A DNA stretch of 63,380 nt, filler included, from Collodictyon triciliatum (lineage: Eukaryota): NCBI GenBank assembly GCA_043381765.1. It is 3 parts of 3 records of this genome, joined end to end, with 100 filler letters (N's around TTAATTAATTAA, not from the genome) between each part and the next. Parts side by side here need not be neighbours in the genome. Positions count along the whole stretch, not along the records: positions 21,510 to 41,560 come from JBHJMP010000336.1; positions 41,661 to 63,380 come from JBHJMP010000338.1; 1 more part is not named here. One strand, 5' to 3'. The notes under the pieces were generated by a model. It was given only the letters and a program-made list of their open reading frames with translations, did not search any database and was not told the origin of the DNA. Positions 38,201 to 51,185 of the stretch are shown piece by piece. Positions within the stretch are counted from its first letter, which is position 1. Each line of letters begins with the position of its first letter. The translations under genes and the position numbers were made by a program.

Positions 38201-41200
38201 ATTACTATTACTATTATTATTACTATTACTATTACTATTACTATTACTATTACTATTACTATTACTATTACTATTACTATTACTATTACTATTACTATTA
38301 CTATTACTATTACTATTACTATTACTATTACTATTACTNNNNNNNNNNNNNNNNNNNNNNNNNNNNNNNNNNNNNNNNNNNNNNNNNNNNNNNNNNNNNN
38401 NNNNNNNNNNNNNNNNNNNNNNNNNNNNNNNNNNNNNNTACTATTACTATTACTATTACTATTACTATTACTATTACTATTACTATTACTATTACTATTA
38501 CTATTACTATTACTATTACTATTACTATTACTATTACTATTAGTATTACTATTACGAGTTTGTAAACCTATGCCTATTGAGCTATCAACTTTTAAAAAAA
38601 AAATTATAAATTGAAATCACAGACCTCGTTGAATGCGGAATTTTGGCGGTTCATACCAATTCCTCTGCACCTAGTCCGACATCACCGCCCACAAGATTAA
38701 ATAGATTTTCTAGAAAGCTATCTAAAATGTATTTTATTTTTAAAAATTTTTTTGTCACCAATACTGGTGTACATTTTTTTTAACATATGTAATTTTTTAG
38801 CCGCCCACGATTTCATTTTACTCATGTGGATTGAAATGTAAACCTGAACAAGTGTTATCCCCGAATATCATTCTAAATCAGTGTTCATCCAAATAGGAGC
38901 AACGGCACACATTCCTCGAATTTATCTGAAAGGTTGGAGAGCCCTCGCCCGGTCTTTGGAAAGGAGCAATCGTACTGTTTCATCACCTTTCAAAACTTCC
39001 ATATATATGTGTTTGTTTTCATCCGTATTGTGACCTCAAATTCTCCAGATTCTTCGATGCTCTGAGTGGGAGCGGAAAATCCAGGTCATCAAGTATCGAA
39101 TCCCATCATAGGCCTCCCACCAAACGCTTCTCATATGTAACTCTGCTAATGCACGTAAATTTCCCTTCCTGTTATTATCTGTAGATGGAATGAGAAGGAG
39201 CGATTTCGAAAAAAAAATCACGATTTTTACCGATGTTAAATCTGACAGAAATCGAACATGGCGCCTGTCGGATCCATATACCGATTCAGAAACATCGTGA
39301 CTAGAGATGTAACTTACAATTCTATGACCCTTGCCCACAGAAAAAATCTACATCAAGTGGTTGCTGGTAAGATAAGAGTTAAGACATAACAAAGAGTATA
39401 TTAAACTGACTTGCAAATTGGTGTAAAAACAAAGGATTTTGGTTTTATCGAATTTTTGTTGGGATTAAACGAATTCAATCTTGAGTCTTCTATGTCGTGA
39501 AATTAACATTTAATTATGATTAGAGTGGTACGAAGAAACTTATATCACTGACTTCAAATTTGTAAGCCCTTTACTGGCTCATCACTGGTCGCTTGCGGGT
39601 CGGTCCGACAAAGCGGTAAGTTTTCAAAATAGATTTTTCTCTTTTCTTTCATTATCATTATCATTATCATTATCATTATCATTATCATTATCATTATCAT
39701 TATCATTATCATTATCATTATCATTATCATTATCATTATCATTATCATTATCATATCATTATCATTATAACGCGTCATACATGCATTAATATTAACAAAA
39801 ACCATCATGGCGATAAAAGGGTGAATAAAAACATAGAGAAAAGGACACATATAATCATGCCATAGATGCATAAAATGCTCTAATGACAATTCTTGAAATA
39901 ATTCAATCCCGATGGTTATTCAGATTGAATTCCTGGAGCGGTCAGGTCAACAGGCTCTGGACTGTTTTTCTAACCACGAGGCGATTGGATTCTTTTCCAA
40001 AGCTATCGACCTTGCTGGGTTTGTTGAAACGGTGAGTCGAATATACTCATAATGAAATGACCTATGTATTCTATTCCATTGGAGGGACCTTTAGAAAAAA
40101 TACCGATATGCTCAGCTTTTACATCTTTATCGATTAACTTTTATTTTATTCACTTGTGGTTTCTCTGTTCTGTCATTCTGCAAAAAAAAAAAAAAATGAT
40201 AGGAGGATATCTCATCAATCCAGTTGGCGTACTGGAACATATCCATCGCCGAAGCATATCTAGGGTTGGGAATAGTAGGTTCTGCATCAGAGCATCTCAA
40301 ACCTGTGAGTAAATGTTTTAAATCATTCTTCTCAAAAGCAACACATGATTTAGCTCGATTCAGATCATATGTAATTGCTCTTTTACCTTTTGAGATCATT
40401 CTTCTGGATAAGTACATTACCTTCCCTCCAAAAGCCTCGCCTTTAAGCACACATTTTAATTGATAATTTCCTATAATTCAACCTAACGTCATTCTATTCA
40501 TGTAAACTAATCAAAATTTCAACTACCAAAGGCCCTGGAGTTACTCGGGGAGCCACTTCCTACTGGTAATTTTGACCTGAAGCAAAAAATCCTCACGGAG
40601 TCATCACGCCAACTCTTCAGAAGCTTTTGCTGCTTTTGTATCAGGTTGTGAACTACACGATCTTTCAACATGTATATGTATTATACTATATATATCCATT
40701 AAATAGCCCAAACAAAATGCCTATGTAATTATTTTCTGAATTAAAATTCCTATTCTTTTAAAATAAAAAAGTAACCAACACAGAGGGTACACAATGCGGG
40801 CGTTGCTCATAAGAGCCCATGAAATGAACACAACTATATATTACTTCAATCACGAACGAAGCCTGGTACCATTCCTTTTTGATTTCATATATCCCTACGC
40901 TCGCCTATTTTATTTTTGCATAGCTTTCAAATTATCAATCTTCGTTTAACAACTAGTGTCTATACTCGGCTCTGCGAGCTCTAAATCTGGCTCAGGTTTG
41001 TCACCTTCTTATCTGATTAGTGCACCTATTTCTTCGTCAATCAAAACATAGGAAAAAATCAAGACGCAGATAAAATTAGACATATTATTTCGGAAATATA
41101 TTATGGACCTAATTCAGACACTGACTTTCTATAGCATCTTTAGCTCGAAACCATTTTTATGACAAAAAAATCAACCATAGGATCAATTTGAAGATACTGT

Positions 41201-41260
41201 ATCACTAGCCAAATGCTATGCAAACATAAGCTTGGTCACCAGTTATACCCCCATGACAAG
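31761..41260 (+). CDS. Soluble adenylyl cyclase (ADCY10/sAC)-like: two class III cyclase domains, STAND NTPase and helical repeats; 3'-partial, start tentative
   Basis: Spliced motifs ILFLDIKGYS, GGDIIKFAGDA, VDDKGATL..FGLPG.AHEDD, GVTTG..YIG.IG..RCEYSMVGDIVNMAARLM, LKGK, LIGREKE, IEGPPGIGKT, IVFEDVH, QGNPFF, VPDSVERIVLSRLDSL. Confidence 0.88.
38163..38550. repeat. (TACTAT)n intronic microsatellite spanning a 100-N gap
   Basis: Seen directly in the sequence. Confidence 0.9.
39648..39767. repeat. (ATCATT)n intronic microsatellite
   Basis: Seen directly in the sequence. Confidence 0.9.
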
Positions 41261-41463
41261 GTTAAACCTATTAAAAAAATATATTAGTGTTTCCTTGAAA
41301 CTAATGCTATAGTAAGAACACGGTGTCATGAGAATGGATTTTTTCTATATCCCTGAGTATTTGTGTTAAAAAAAACCGTAATAAATGAATTATTCATTCT
41401 TAAAATGAATGGCGGTCGTTTTGATTGCAGTCCCATTAAGATACATAACTCCTGTAAAAGACA

Positions 41464-41560
41464 AAAATCAAAAATCAAAAATCAAAAATCAAAAATCAAA
41501 AATCAAAAATCAAAAATCAAAAATCAAAAATCAAAAATCAAAAATCAAAAATCAAAAATC
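41464..41560. repeat. (AAAATC)n microsatellite at the contig end
   Basis: Seen directly; lies within a presumed intron of the truncated cyclase gene. Confidence 0.9.
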
Positions 41561-41660
41561 NNNNNNNNNNNNNNNNNNNNNNNNNNNNNNNNNNNNNNNN
41601 NNNNTTAATTAATTAANNNNNNNNNNNNNNNNNNNNNNNNNNNNNNNNNNNNNNNNNNNN
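41561..41660. other. Artificial contig-joining linker (N44-TTAATTAATTAA-N44)
   Basis: Identical 100-bp structure to 21410-21509; flanking genes are truncated. Confidence 0.95.
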
Positions 41661-41993
41661 TGTTTTTTTATTCTGTTTTTTTATTCTGTTTTTTTATTCT
41701 GTTTTTTTATTCTGTTTTTTTATTCTGTTTTTTTATTCTGTTTTTTTATTCTGTTTTTTTATTCTGTTTTTTTATTCTGTTTTTTTATTCTGTTTTTTTA
41801 TTCTTTGTTTTTTATTCTGTTGTTTTTATCTTTTGTTTTTACCTTTTGTTTTTACCTTTTGTTTTTATCTTTTGTTTTTACCTTTTGTTTTTACCTTTTG
41901 TTTTAATCTTCTGTTTATTTAATGCTTATGTTGTTAAATTGCCCGAATATCTAAACATCCGATCGAGTAACAAATCTAAGCACTGAATACTAG

Positions 41994-44900
41994 GAACTTG
42001 AAATCCCAGGATATGGGTGCGAAGATCATTTCTTTGAGGGAGACACTGTTCTGCATTCGTGGGAGTGTTTAGCTGAGCTCATCCGCGAGGGTTATACGAA
42101 TGATATTCTCTGTGACGTTGGTTTGTCTTTTCATTTTAAGTGTCGAACTTTTTCATTCTGAAAATACGTATTTACTTGAATCAGTGATTGGAAGCCCTCC
42201 ATATTTTTTTTCCTTTATTCGATTCAAATTTAAGCCTTCAATATTTAAACATATCAATTTTATTACTCTTAAAATTACTGAACAGGGATGCCGATTCTTC
42301 ATAAAAATGTTCGCTACAATTGTCGAGTGTTCCTTTTCAACAAAAAAGTGGTATTGATTCGCCCCAAGATGGAGCTCGCCGGAGAGGGGAATTATCGAGA
42401 GCCTAGATGGTTTACTGCGTGGAAGCGTAAGAGAGTCGTTGAGGAACATTATCTTCCTCATATCGTTTCTGAACTCACGGGACAAAGTAGGCTCATTTAT
42501 TCTCTCATTTATTCTCTCATTTATTCTCTCATTTATTCTCTCATTTATTCTCTCATTTATTCTCTCATTTATTCTCTCATTTATTCTCTCATTTATTCTC
42601 TCATTTATTCTCTCATTTATTCTCTCATTTATTCTCTCATTTATTCTCTCATTTATTCTCTCATTTATTCTCTCATGTATTCTCTCATATATTCTCTCAT
42701 GTATTCTCTCATCTATTCTCTCATTTATTCTCTCATTTATTCTCTCATTTATTCTCTCATTTATTCTCTCATTTATTCTCTCATTTATTCTCTCATTTAT
42801 TCTCTCATTTATTTTCTTCATTTATTTTCTTCATTTATTTTCTTCATTTATTTTCTTCATTTATTTTCTTCATTTATTTTCTTCATGTATTTTCTTCATT
42901 TATTTTCTTCATTTATTTTCTTCATGTATTTTCTTCATTTATTTTCTTCATTTATTTTCTTCATTTATTTTCTTCATTTATTTTCTTCATTTATTTTCTT
43001 CATTTATTTTAATATATCCTGATTTATTTGGTCTCTCTCCTCACTCATTTTCTCGAAATGTAGAGACTGTCCCTTTCGGCGATGGCGTCATTTCTACACA
43101 AGACGCATGTATCGGCACAGAGACCTGCGAGGAGCTTTTTTCGGCCAATAGCCCGCATATTGCACTGTCTCTCGATGGCGTTGAAATCATTACAAACGGA
43201 AGCGGCTCGCATCACAGCCTTCGTAAACTTGACACGCGCATCGACCTCATGAAAAGCGCCACGTCTAAGGTTATACTAGATTTCATCGATGCTGTGTCCG
43301 CCCTTTCAATAATCGATTAATGTGAAATGAACTATCCCAAACTTATAAAAAAAAAAAATTAAAAAAAAAGTGCGGAGGTGTCTACATGTATGCGAATCAG
43401 AAAGGCTGTGATGGTGGTCGCCTCTATTTCGATGGATGTGCCATGATTATGATAAACGGAAGAGTTGTTGCACAGGTAATCAATATTTAGACGAAATAAT
43501 AATAATATATTTCATAAGAATCAACCGACGAACTCAATTACTTCGTATTTGATTTTAAATGTTTGATGTAGTTTTCATTATCCCCTGTCATATTGTTATC
43601 AATATTGTAAAGGAAAATTTTCAAAAGTTGGATGTTTAATTAAATGTCAATGCTGTGTTTCAGGGAAGCCAATTCTCGATGACAGACGTGGAAGTTGTAA
43701 CAGCAACTGTTGATCTTGAAGAAGTGAGGTCTTATCGTGCGTCCATCTATTCAAGGTCGACACAGGCTGCAGGTCGGTGTGAATGATCTGAAACTGTATC
43801 CCTGACAGGATAAAGCCGAACAGAATGTGAAAACAATACAATTAATCCTGCAGCTTAACCTTATATGTACCTTTGTAGAGAACCCAGCATTTCCTAGAAC
43901 TTTTGCCGATATGCGACTGGGGCATGCAGATTATTTGTCGAAGCCGCTCTCCAAGGAGATTCCTGTATGAAAATTTCGATTAAAGTACAAGAAAGAAAAA
44001 TAGAAGGTTGTGATAGATAAACAATTTGACTGTGGAATATATTGCATTATTGTAATTTTAGGTAAAGTTCCACCTGCCCGAGGAGGAAATTGCATTTGGA
44101 CCTGCTTGCTGGCTCTGGGATTATCTCCGCCGCTCACGTACTGGAGGATATTTCCTGCCACTTTCTGGAGGTGCTGACAGCTCTTCCACTGCCGCCATCG
44201 TCGGGAATATGTGCCAGCTCGTTGTTGCCGAGGCAGCTAAGGGAAATCAACAGGTAGGCTGATTACTTAATCTGTCCATGGATTTCAAACGATTCCAAAA
44301 TTCAATTGAAAGTTAAGAAGAGCCTTACTTATCGCCCCTTTAAAAAAAAAAAAAAAAGGTAATCCAAGACGCAAGAAGACTTGCTGGAGAAGATCCAAAT
44401 GGGTGAATATCGATTACATGCGACTTTAATTATATCGTTGTCTTTTCTTTTTCCTTCTTTTTTTTTCTTTTTCCTTTTTTCTTTTTCCTTTTTTCTTTTT
44501 CCTTTTTTCTTTTTCCTTTTTTCTTTTTCCTTTTTTCTTTTTCCTTTTTTCTTTTTTCTTTTTCCTTTTTCCTTTTCCTTTTTTCTTTTTTCTTTTTTCT
44601 TTTTTCTTTTTTCTTTTTTCTTTTTTCTTTTTCTTTTTCTTTTTTCTTTTTTCTTTTGTTCATTAATTGAAAAAATAGTGATGAAAATCTTTATTAGACA
44701 ATATATCCCAACTGATGCGAAACAGTTTTGCAATCGCATCTTTTTCACATGCTATATGGGTTTGAATTGCATTTCATTTTTCTCATCTACTCCCTTTCAT
44801 TATTTGCTATCCCAGCTCCGAACATTTTGTTTTAATACATCTTGTATTGATGAATATTATTCACAAAACAGGTACTGTAAACAGCTCCAGTGAGACACGC

Positions 44901-46621
44901 GACCGTGCTGCGAAGCTGGCTGAGGAAGTGGGCTCTAATCACACATCGATTGTCATTGATGTCATCGTCTCTGCTTTTCTTCAGATTTTCCAGGCCACCT
45001 TCAATAAGGTATGTGCTCTTTTTCTGTCGATTACTTACAAATTATTAAAATCGTAAACTAGAATAAGAAATCAAACAAATCTGTTGCCACAGCAGATGAA
45101 TTATTTTTTACGTCTTTTTTGTATTTTATCTTTTATCTATTATCTTTTATTAATTAATTAATTTTTTTTTCATATTGGTGTACATCTGCAGGTTCCTAAA
45201 TTCAAGGTTCATGGTGGCTCAATCTCAGAAAATTTAGCGCTTCAAAACATTCAAGCTAGAATCCGCATGGTTGTAGGTAAATATAAACATATACGGATAT
45301 TACTTGAGTTGGTCAATCACATATTTGATCAGCACATTTATTTTCATTTTTCTTCTCTTTTTACTTTGCTTAATTGATTTCTCGCATCGTTAGCCTACTT
45401 TTTTGCGCAGCTTTCTCTCTGGGCTCAAGGCAGGGAGGGCTCTCTTCTTGTTTTGGGCAGTGCAAATGTGGATGAAGGGCTTCGTGGATACATGACAAAA
45501 TACGATTGTAGCTCTGCTGATGTTAATCCAATTGTAAGCAACTGCTTTAAGTTTGCAAATAACAAAACTCTTCTTTTTCTTTTTCTTGTTCTTATTCTTA
45601 ATTAATTCTTTTTCTTTTTAATTCTTTTCATTTTAGCCTGCAATTCGAAAACGTATCGTAACTATTGTGTGCAGATTGCCTATCTTTTCTGTCCAGATTT
45701 ACACTATGTACTCAATAAAAGTTTATGAAAAGTCATCCTCGCAAACACACAACCCCCATGTGCTAATAGGGTGGAATAAGTAAAGAAGACTTGAAGAGTT
45801 TCTTGATGTGGGGAGCAGAACATCTTCACTATCCGACGCTCAAAGATGTTGCCACTGCCACCCCAACAGCCGAATTAGAGCCGATAACAAGCGACTACGT
45901 GCAGGTATTCAATTGATGTTAAACATTCGAAAACAACTTTGTACACTCTGATAACCAAGTATGCATCTTTGATGAAACCGAAACTCAGGCAGACGAGGTT
46001 GATATGGGTATGAGCTATGCAGAGTTAGGTCGGTACGGGCGTCTGCGAAAGGTAAATGCTGCCTTCAATAGCCCGAACTTGCATTTCTACCTTCATGAAA
46101 TCTTCAACTTTCCGATATGTTACGCACATCAAGCGATTACATATCCCATAACTACTGCTTTTCTGTAAGATTTTTCGCTGTGGACCGGTCAGCATGTTCC
46201 AGAACCTTGCCTTGGAGTGGAGCCACCTGAGCCTTGCCGAAGTTGCCGAGAAAGTGAAGCGCTTCTTTTTCTACTACTCCATCAATCGCCACAAAATGAC
46301 AACGTTGACACCGTCCTACCATGCTGAAGCTTATTCCCCAGATGACAACAGATGTAACAGATTATTATTGCTTTTTATTCACAATATCGATTGCAAAGCC
46401 ATACACAAAACCATTTGCAATCGCGACGCCAAAGAACTTTGTAGCGCACTCACCACCAACCACAACACTTAGTCGACCTGCGTCAGTTCCTCTACAATGC
46501 CCGCTGGACATGGCAGTTCCGACGCATCGACTCAATAGTTTCACAGCAAAAGGCCATGGATGCAACACCTTCGGTATCGTCGTCTTCTGAGCCAAGTGGA
46601 AACAAGAGAAAGCTCGAGTAA
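41994..46621 (+). CDS. NADSYN1: Glutamine-dependent NAD+ synthetase (5'-partial), multi-exon
   Basis: [35 protein letters not shown] (nitrilase Cys), [87 protein letters not shown]. Confidence 0.97.
42493..43010. repeat. Compound intronic array: (TTTATTCTCTCA)n then (TTTATTTTCTTCA)n
   Basis: 12-mer then 13-mer tandem units in an NADSYN1 intron. Confidence 0.95.
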
Positions 46622-47028
46622 ACCCACCCGCAGCAAACCAACCGGCACAAGGCTCAAATAAAGCGACCACCAGCACAGACCCCACTCCACCCTCAAACGC
46701 TTATTCCATATATAGACCTGTGGCATAATTTTTTCGGTGAGAAAATTTCTCGTCCGCTGCTGCGTTCTTCGGCGAAAGCAACTTCTCTTCAACGAACACA
46801 CCCACCAATCAGCCAAGACAAAAAAAAAAAACAAAGTCTGGTGGCTCCAAACCCGCCCACAGTCACACCACACATGCCTCTCTTTCCCAGAATGCGGGTG
46901 AGGAAGCCGCTCAGAAAAAGAAGGGCGAAAAAGAATAAAGGAATGTCCAGCCATTGTGCGTATATAGAGGCATTGACCACTAAACTGAGTACTGTTTACT
47001 TGCAGGGTTTTTTTCTTCTGTGTAGGCC

Positions 47029-50000
47029 ATGAACAAAAGGAAAGCCCCAACCGCAAACGGGGCCGGCAATCCACCTGCTTCGTCACGGCCGACCCTCGCT
47101 ATGAGCAGTATTCCTTTGCCTTCATTCTCGTCGCCATGGCCGAACCCCGACATCAACCACTCTCAAAGCACGCCTTTTCAACCCGGAAACTCTTCTATTT
47201 TGTTTACAGCACCAGGTGTGAGCATTCCGTGTGCCCCTCAATTCACTTTTGTCGATCGTTCAAATGCTTCATCAATCCCTATGCGCTCTGTGCAGCTGAG
47301 GGATTTGCATCACAGTCCCTCTGCACTAGGGTTATCGTCACTGCACTCTGATCCAACCAGCTCTTCAACAGCATTACCCGCTGGATCTTTCTCGAAAACC
47401 AACACATCAGCAAATATGGCAAATGTAGGACTAATGTCAGGCATGCATCAGAGCCAGCGAATCAGCCCCCAGGTCGCACAGCCCAATCAGATGTCTTTAC
47501 AGCTGAATAATTCAAGAGCACAGCTGCACTCTTTACTCCAATCGCAATACCAAGCACCATCAACCCAACCAAAGGTTTTGCCAAAGAACCAAGCATTTTC
47601 GATCAATCCAGGTAGTCAGATGAACTCGCCATCTAACGCACCAACAAATACGACCACAACAAGGTCTCCTATTAGCGTATCTCCTTCTATGGCCAATCCT
47701 ATGTCGATGCAACCATCCCCTGTGACTTCACATCCGACGATTTCTATCTCCCCTGGTGCATTTGTTAACCCTGTCTCTGGGCCTGTACCTATCCTTTCTT
47801 GGACTCGTTTGGAGAGTCCATCCAGCATGTCATCACCACTCCCTGGACTCTCTATTTCTTTGGCAGCATCCCAATCCCAGTCTCCGATCAGTCACAACCT
47901 GACATCCATACCACAAATCTCCTTGTCCAATCTTCATGCAGCAACACCACCGAGAACTTACCTTGATGAATCAAACATACCGAAACTTTCGCTCACGGCA
48001 CTTCAGCCACTTTCTCGAGCACTCCATTCACCCATATCGATTGAAAACTCTCCTGTCCACTTTGCTCAATCGCCCATCATTCCAGTTATTGGGGATGAGT
48101 TTCATCCAGCCACTTTGTCTCTTGGTGCAATCTCTTATCCTGGGCCATATCCAATGCCGACCACCTCAAGCCCAGCAAGCTCAGAGCCACACTCTTTGAT
48201 TATGCCTGTGATAAGACTAAAACCTTTAGAAAATGATATTCTGCCGAAAGTATCACCTTGCGTAGAAATCCAGAGTCATCATGAACCCGAAGAAAGGCAC
48301 GAGATACCATCTGTCTATAGAGATTTTGAGGATGTCTTTTCAGAGCCCAACGCAACATCGTTTGAGAGGACCAATGAAGACGACTCCAGTATCACTGTAT
48401 CAACAATTCCGAGGCCCACAGCATCCGTATCGCCATCTGGCATACTACAGACTCCGCCTGTACACTCTTCAGAGGATGTTTTCAGATTTGATTCTACTTC
48501 ATTTGGGCTCTCCAAAGACTATGGCAACAATCCAAACGATAATGCAGATACAGGACCTCGGGAGGAGACATTCATAGAAGACATCCTGGCCGATGAGCCA
48601 CAGTTATGTCCAATCCCTGAAGACGATGCCGAGGAGTACGACGAATACGACGACGATTTGAATCCGAAAACATTTTCCTTGCGGACGAAATGTCTGGATC
48701 TCTTGTACAATTTCCCTGCTTATATCAGCCGCGTAGAGGTAGTTGAGAAGCTTTCCCCATCAGATCGGGAATACTTGGTTACCAAGGTATCTCACAAAGC
48801 AACCCACCCTTTCCATAGAATCATATGAGGTAGAGAGAATAGAAGCAGCATACTTTAATCATATATACGAATTTTCTAGGTATTCTCAACTGATATGTGT
48901 TTTGTATGTACAGTAGCGGTGTTTAATATACTGATGAAAAGAAGAAGAAGAGCGGCATATTCTTTATTATTTTCACTATCGTAACAAAAAAAAAATAATG
49001 ATTAACGAAATGCTCACGCATTATCAACACAGTTGGCCGAATCCACTGGACTGACCCTCAACCTGCTTAGCTCCCTCTTCCACCACGAGTTCACAAGCTT
49101 ATTCTTGTGCCCCATGCCAGACTACAACGATGCAGCCTTCTCACAACTCGTATCGCAGAGCCGAGCACTAACACACATTTCCTTGAGAAACTGCCACCAG
49201 GTCACGCCGCCCCGCATATTCCCTTCCCAACCCCCACGACTCACACACACACACATATATATATACAGGAAGAGAAGAAGCTTCCGTTTCTTGCACACAC
49301 ACATACATATACACAAACATATGCATATACCTTTACATATACGTGCAGATAAGCGAGGACACACTAGACTCCCTCCTTGCTCTGAACCAGGGCGTGGAGG
49401 TGCTGGACCTGTCGGGGTGTGCGCAGGTGACGGACGTGACACTGGAGGTAAGACATCGCATGCAAAGATGAGCTGTGTGGGAGGGTGCGCAAGATTGGCA
49501 AGGCCATTTCCCGTAACAACCGATTTGCTTCCCAACGCCACTGCCATGGCTGCCACACAGCGCCTGGTGCGGCGATGCAGCGGACTGGTGGACCTGAACG
49601 TGAGCGGGGCATTCCGGATCAGCGACGCGGGGGTGCGGCAGCTGAGCGGCGGGTGCGGCGGGCTGCGGCGGGTGCGGCTGGACTGGTGCCAGGGGCTGAC
49701 GGACGCGGCGCTGGGGGCGATTGGGACGGGGGCGTTCAGCGGGGCGCTGCGGCGGCTGAGCGTGCGGCACGTGCCGCTGGTGGGCAACGAGGGCGTGTGC
49801 CTGGTGCTTGCGCGGTGCAGGCTGCAGGCCGTGGAGCTGGAGGGCAACGGGCGGGTGACGAACCAGGCGGCGATAGTGTGCTCGCACCGGCAGGCGCGCC
49901 TGCAGACCTTTGTTGCGGACGAGTGCCCGCGCATCGACGCCTTCGGCGTGGCCGTGCTCGCCCGCGCCTGCCGCCGCCTCGTCCGCGTGTCCCTGGGCAT

Positions 50001-50385
50001 GTGCCGCGGCCTGACCGACGACGCGCTGCTGGCCCTTGCCGCCGCCGCCGCGCCCTCCCTCCGCACCCTGCACCTGCGCGCCTGCCCCGCCCTCACCCCG
50101 CACGCCCTCCGCGCCGTCCTGCGCCTCTGCACCCGCCTCCGCTCCCTCCGCCTCGACTCCTGCCCCGCCCTCACCGCCGCCTTCCTCCCGCCCCCGCACG
50201 CCGCCGCCGCCCTCCGCCTCGCCCACCTCGACCTCTCCTTCTGCCGCGCCGTCGACCCCGTCCCGCTCCTCGCCTTCCTCCGCGCTGCGCCCTGCCTCCG
50301 CTCTCTCCTCCTCTTCGGCGGCCCCCGTCTCCCCCCAGAGGCCGCCCTCATCTGCGCCCGGCGCGGCGGCGCCCTCCACGCCTGA
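47029..50385 (+). CDS. Cys-containing leucine-rich repeat protein (FBXL/AMN1/Rad7-like) with a long Ser/Pro-rich disordered N-terminus; exons approx. 47029-48786, 49033-49200, 49349-49447, 49561-50385
   Basis: Repeats such as LDLSGCAQVTD, LNVSGAFRISD, LDWCQGLTD, LGMCRGLTD and LDLSFC, preceded by FSLRTKCLD; GT-AG introns in phase. Confidence 0.8.
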
Positions 50386-50571
50386 CCCTCGCCTCTCCGC
50401 TTCCTCCTCAGGCCGGGCTCCTCTCATCTTTGCCTGCCGTGGTGGGCCTCTCGTCCTTGCGTCCTCCCTCCTGCTCCTTCATGTTTCCTGCTTGTCTCAT
50501 AACCCCCCGGATAATGTATTTAAGACACAAAGAACACACCAGGAGCACTCAAAACAATTCTCTATATATAC

Positions 50572-50900
50572 TATACAGTGTCATACACTCATAGCAACGA
50601 TACAGTGTCATACACTCATAGCAACGATACAGTGTCATACACTCATAGCAACGATACAGTGTCATACGCTCATAGCAACGATACAGTGTCATACGCTCAT
50701 AGCAGCGATACAGTGTCATACACTCATAGCAGCGATACAGTGTCATACACTCATAGCAGCGATACAGTGTCATACACTCATAGCATCGATACAGTGTCAT
50801 ACACTCATAGCATCGATACAGTGTCATACACTCATAGCATCGATACAGTGTCATACACTCATAGCATCGATACAGTGACATACACTCATAGCATCGATAC
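50572..50900. repeat. 27-bp minisatellite, about 12 copies (ACAGTGTCATACACTCATAGCA[A/G/T]CGAT)
   Basis: Contiguous tandem units without spacers. Confidence 0.95.
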
Positions 50901-50946
50901 ATTTATATACAAACATATTGACTTGGAATTTTACCACAGTCACGAA

Positions 50947-51019
50947 GCTTCCTTGGCCCAGACGGCAAGGCGCTCCCCTAGTAAGGGAGAGATCAGTGGT
51001 TCGATTCCGCTAGGAAGCA
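50947..51019 (+). tRNA. tRNA-Thr (anticodon AGT)
   Basis: Acceptor GCTTCCT/AGGAAGC+A; anticodon stem CTCCC/GGGAG with loop CTAGTAA; T-arm GGTTCGATTCC; downstream T-run Pol III terminator. Confidence 0.95.
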
Positions 51020-51185
51020 TCTGCTCTTTTTGAGCTTTTGTCTCAACGCACTCGGCTCGCGCCGGCCTTGAAGCTCTCCGTTATGCACTTTTATTTATGT
51101 TTGGATTGTAATTTTTTTTTTATTGCTCATGGTGAATGTCGATGTCAATGTGTGGCAGATGGAACGCTGGGTGACCAATGTGTTG

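Noticed and set aside
41464-41560. Telomeric repeat at the contig end
   Set aside because: (AAAATC)n lies after a splice donor of an unfinished gene and resembles the other intronic microsatellites.
42153-43320. Repeat-derived ORFs (INER/YSLI/ILSF) and similar poly-F/K/I ORFs elsewhere
   Set aside because: Translations of intronic microsatellites or N gaps, not proteins.
50572-50900. CRISPR-like array
   Set aside because: Units are contiguous with no unique spacers, there are no cas genes, and the context is eukaryotic.
50975-50985. CTA-anticodon (amber suppressor) reading of the tRNA at 50947
   Set aside because: The 7-nt loop CTAGTAA places AGT at positions 34-36, and the body is typical of tRNA-Thr.
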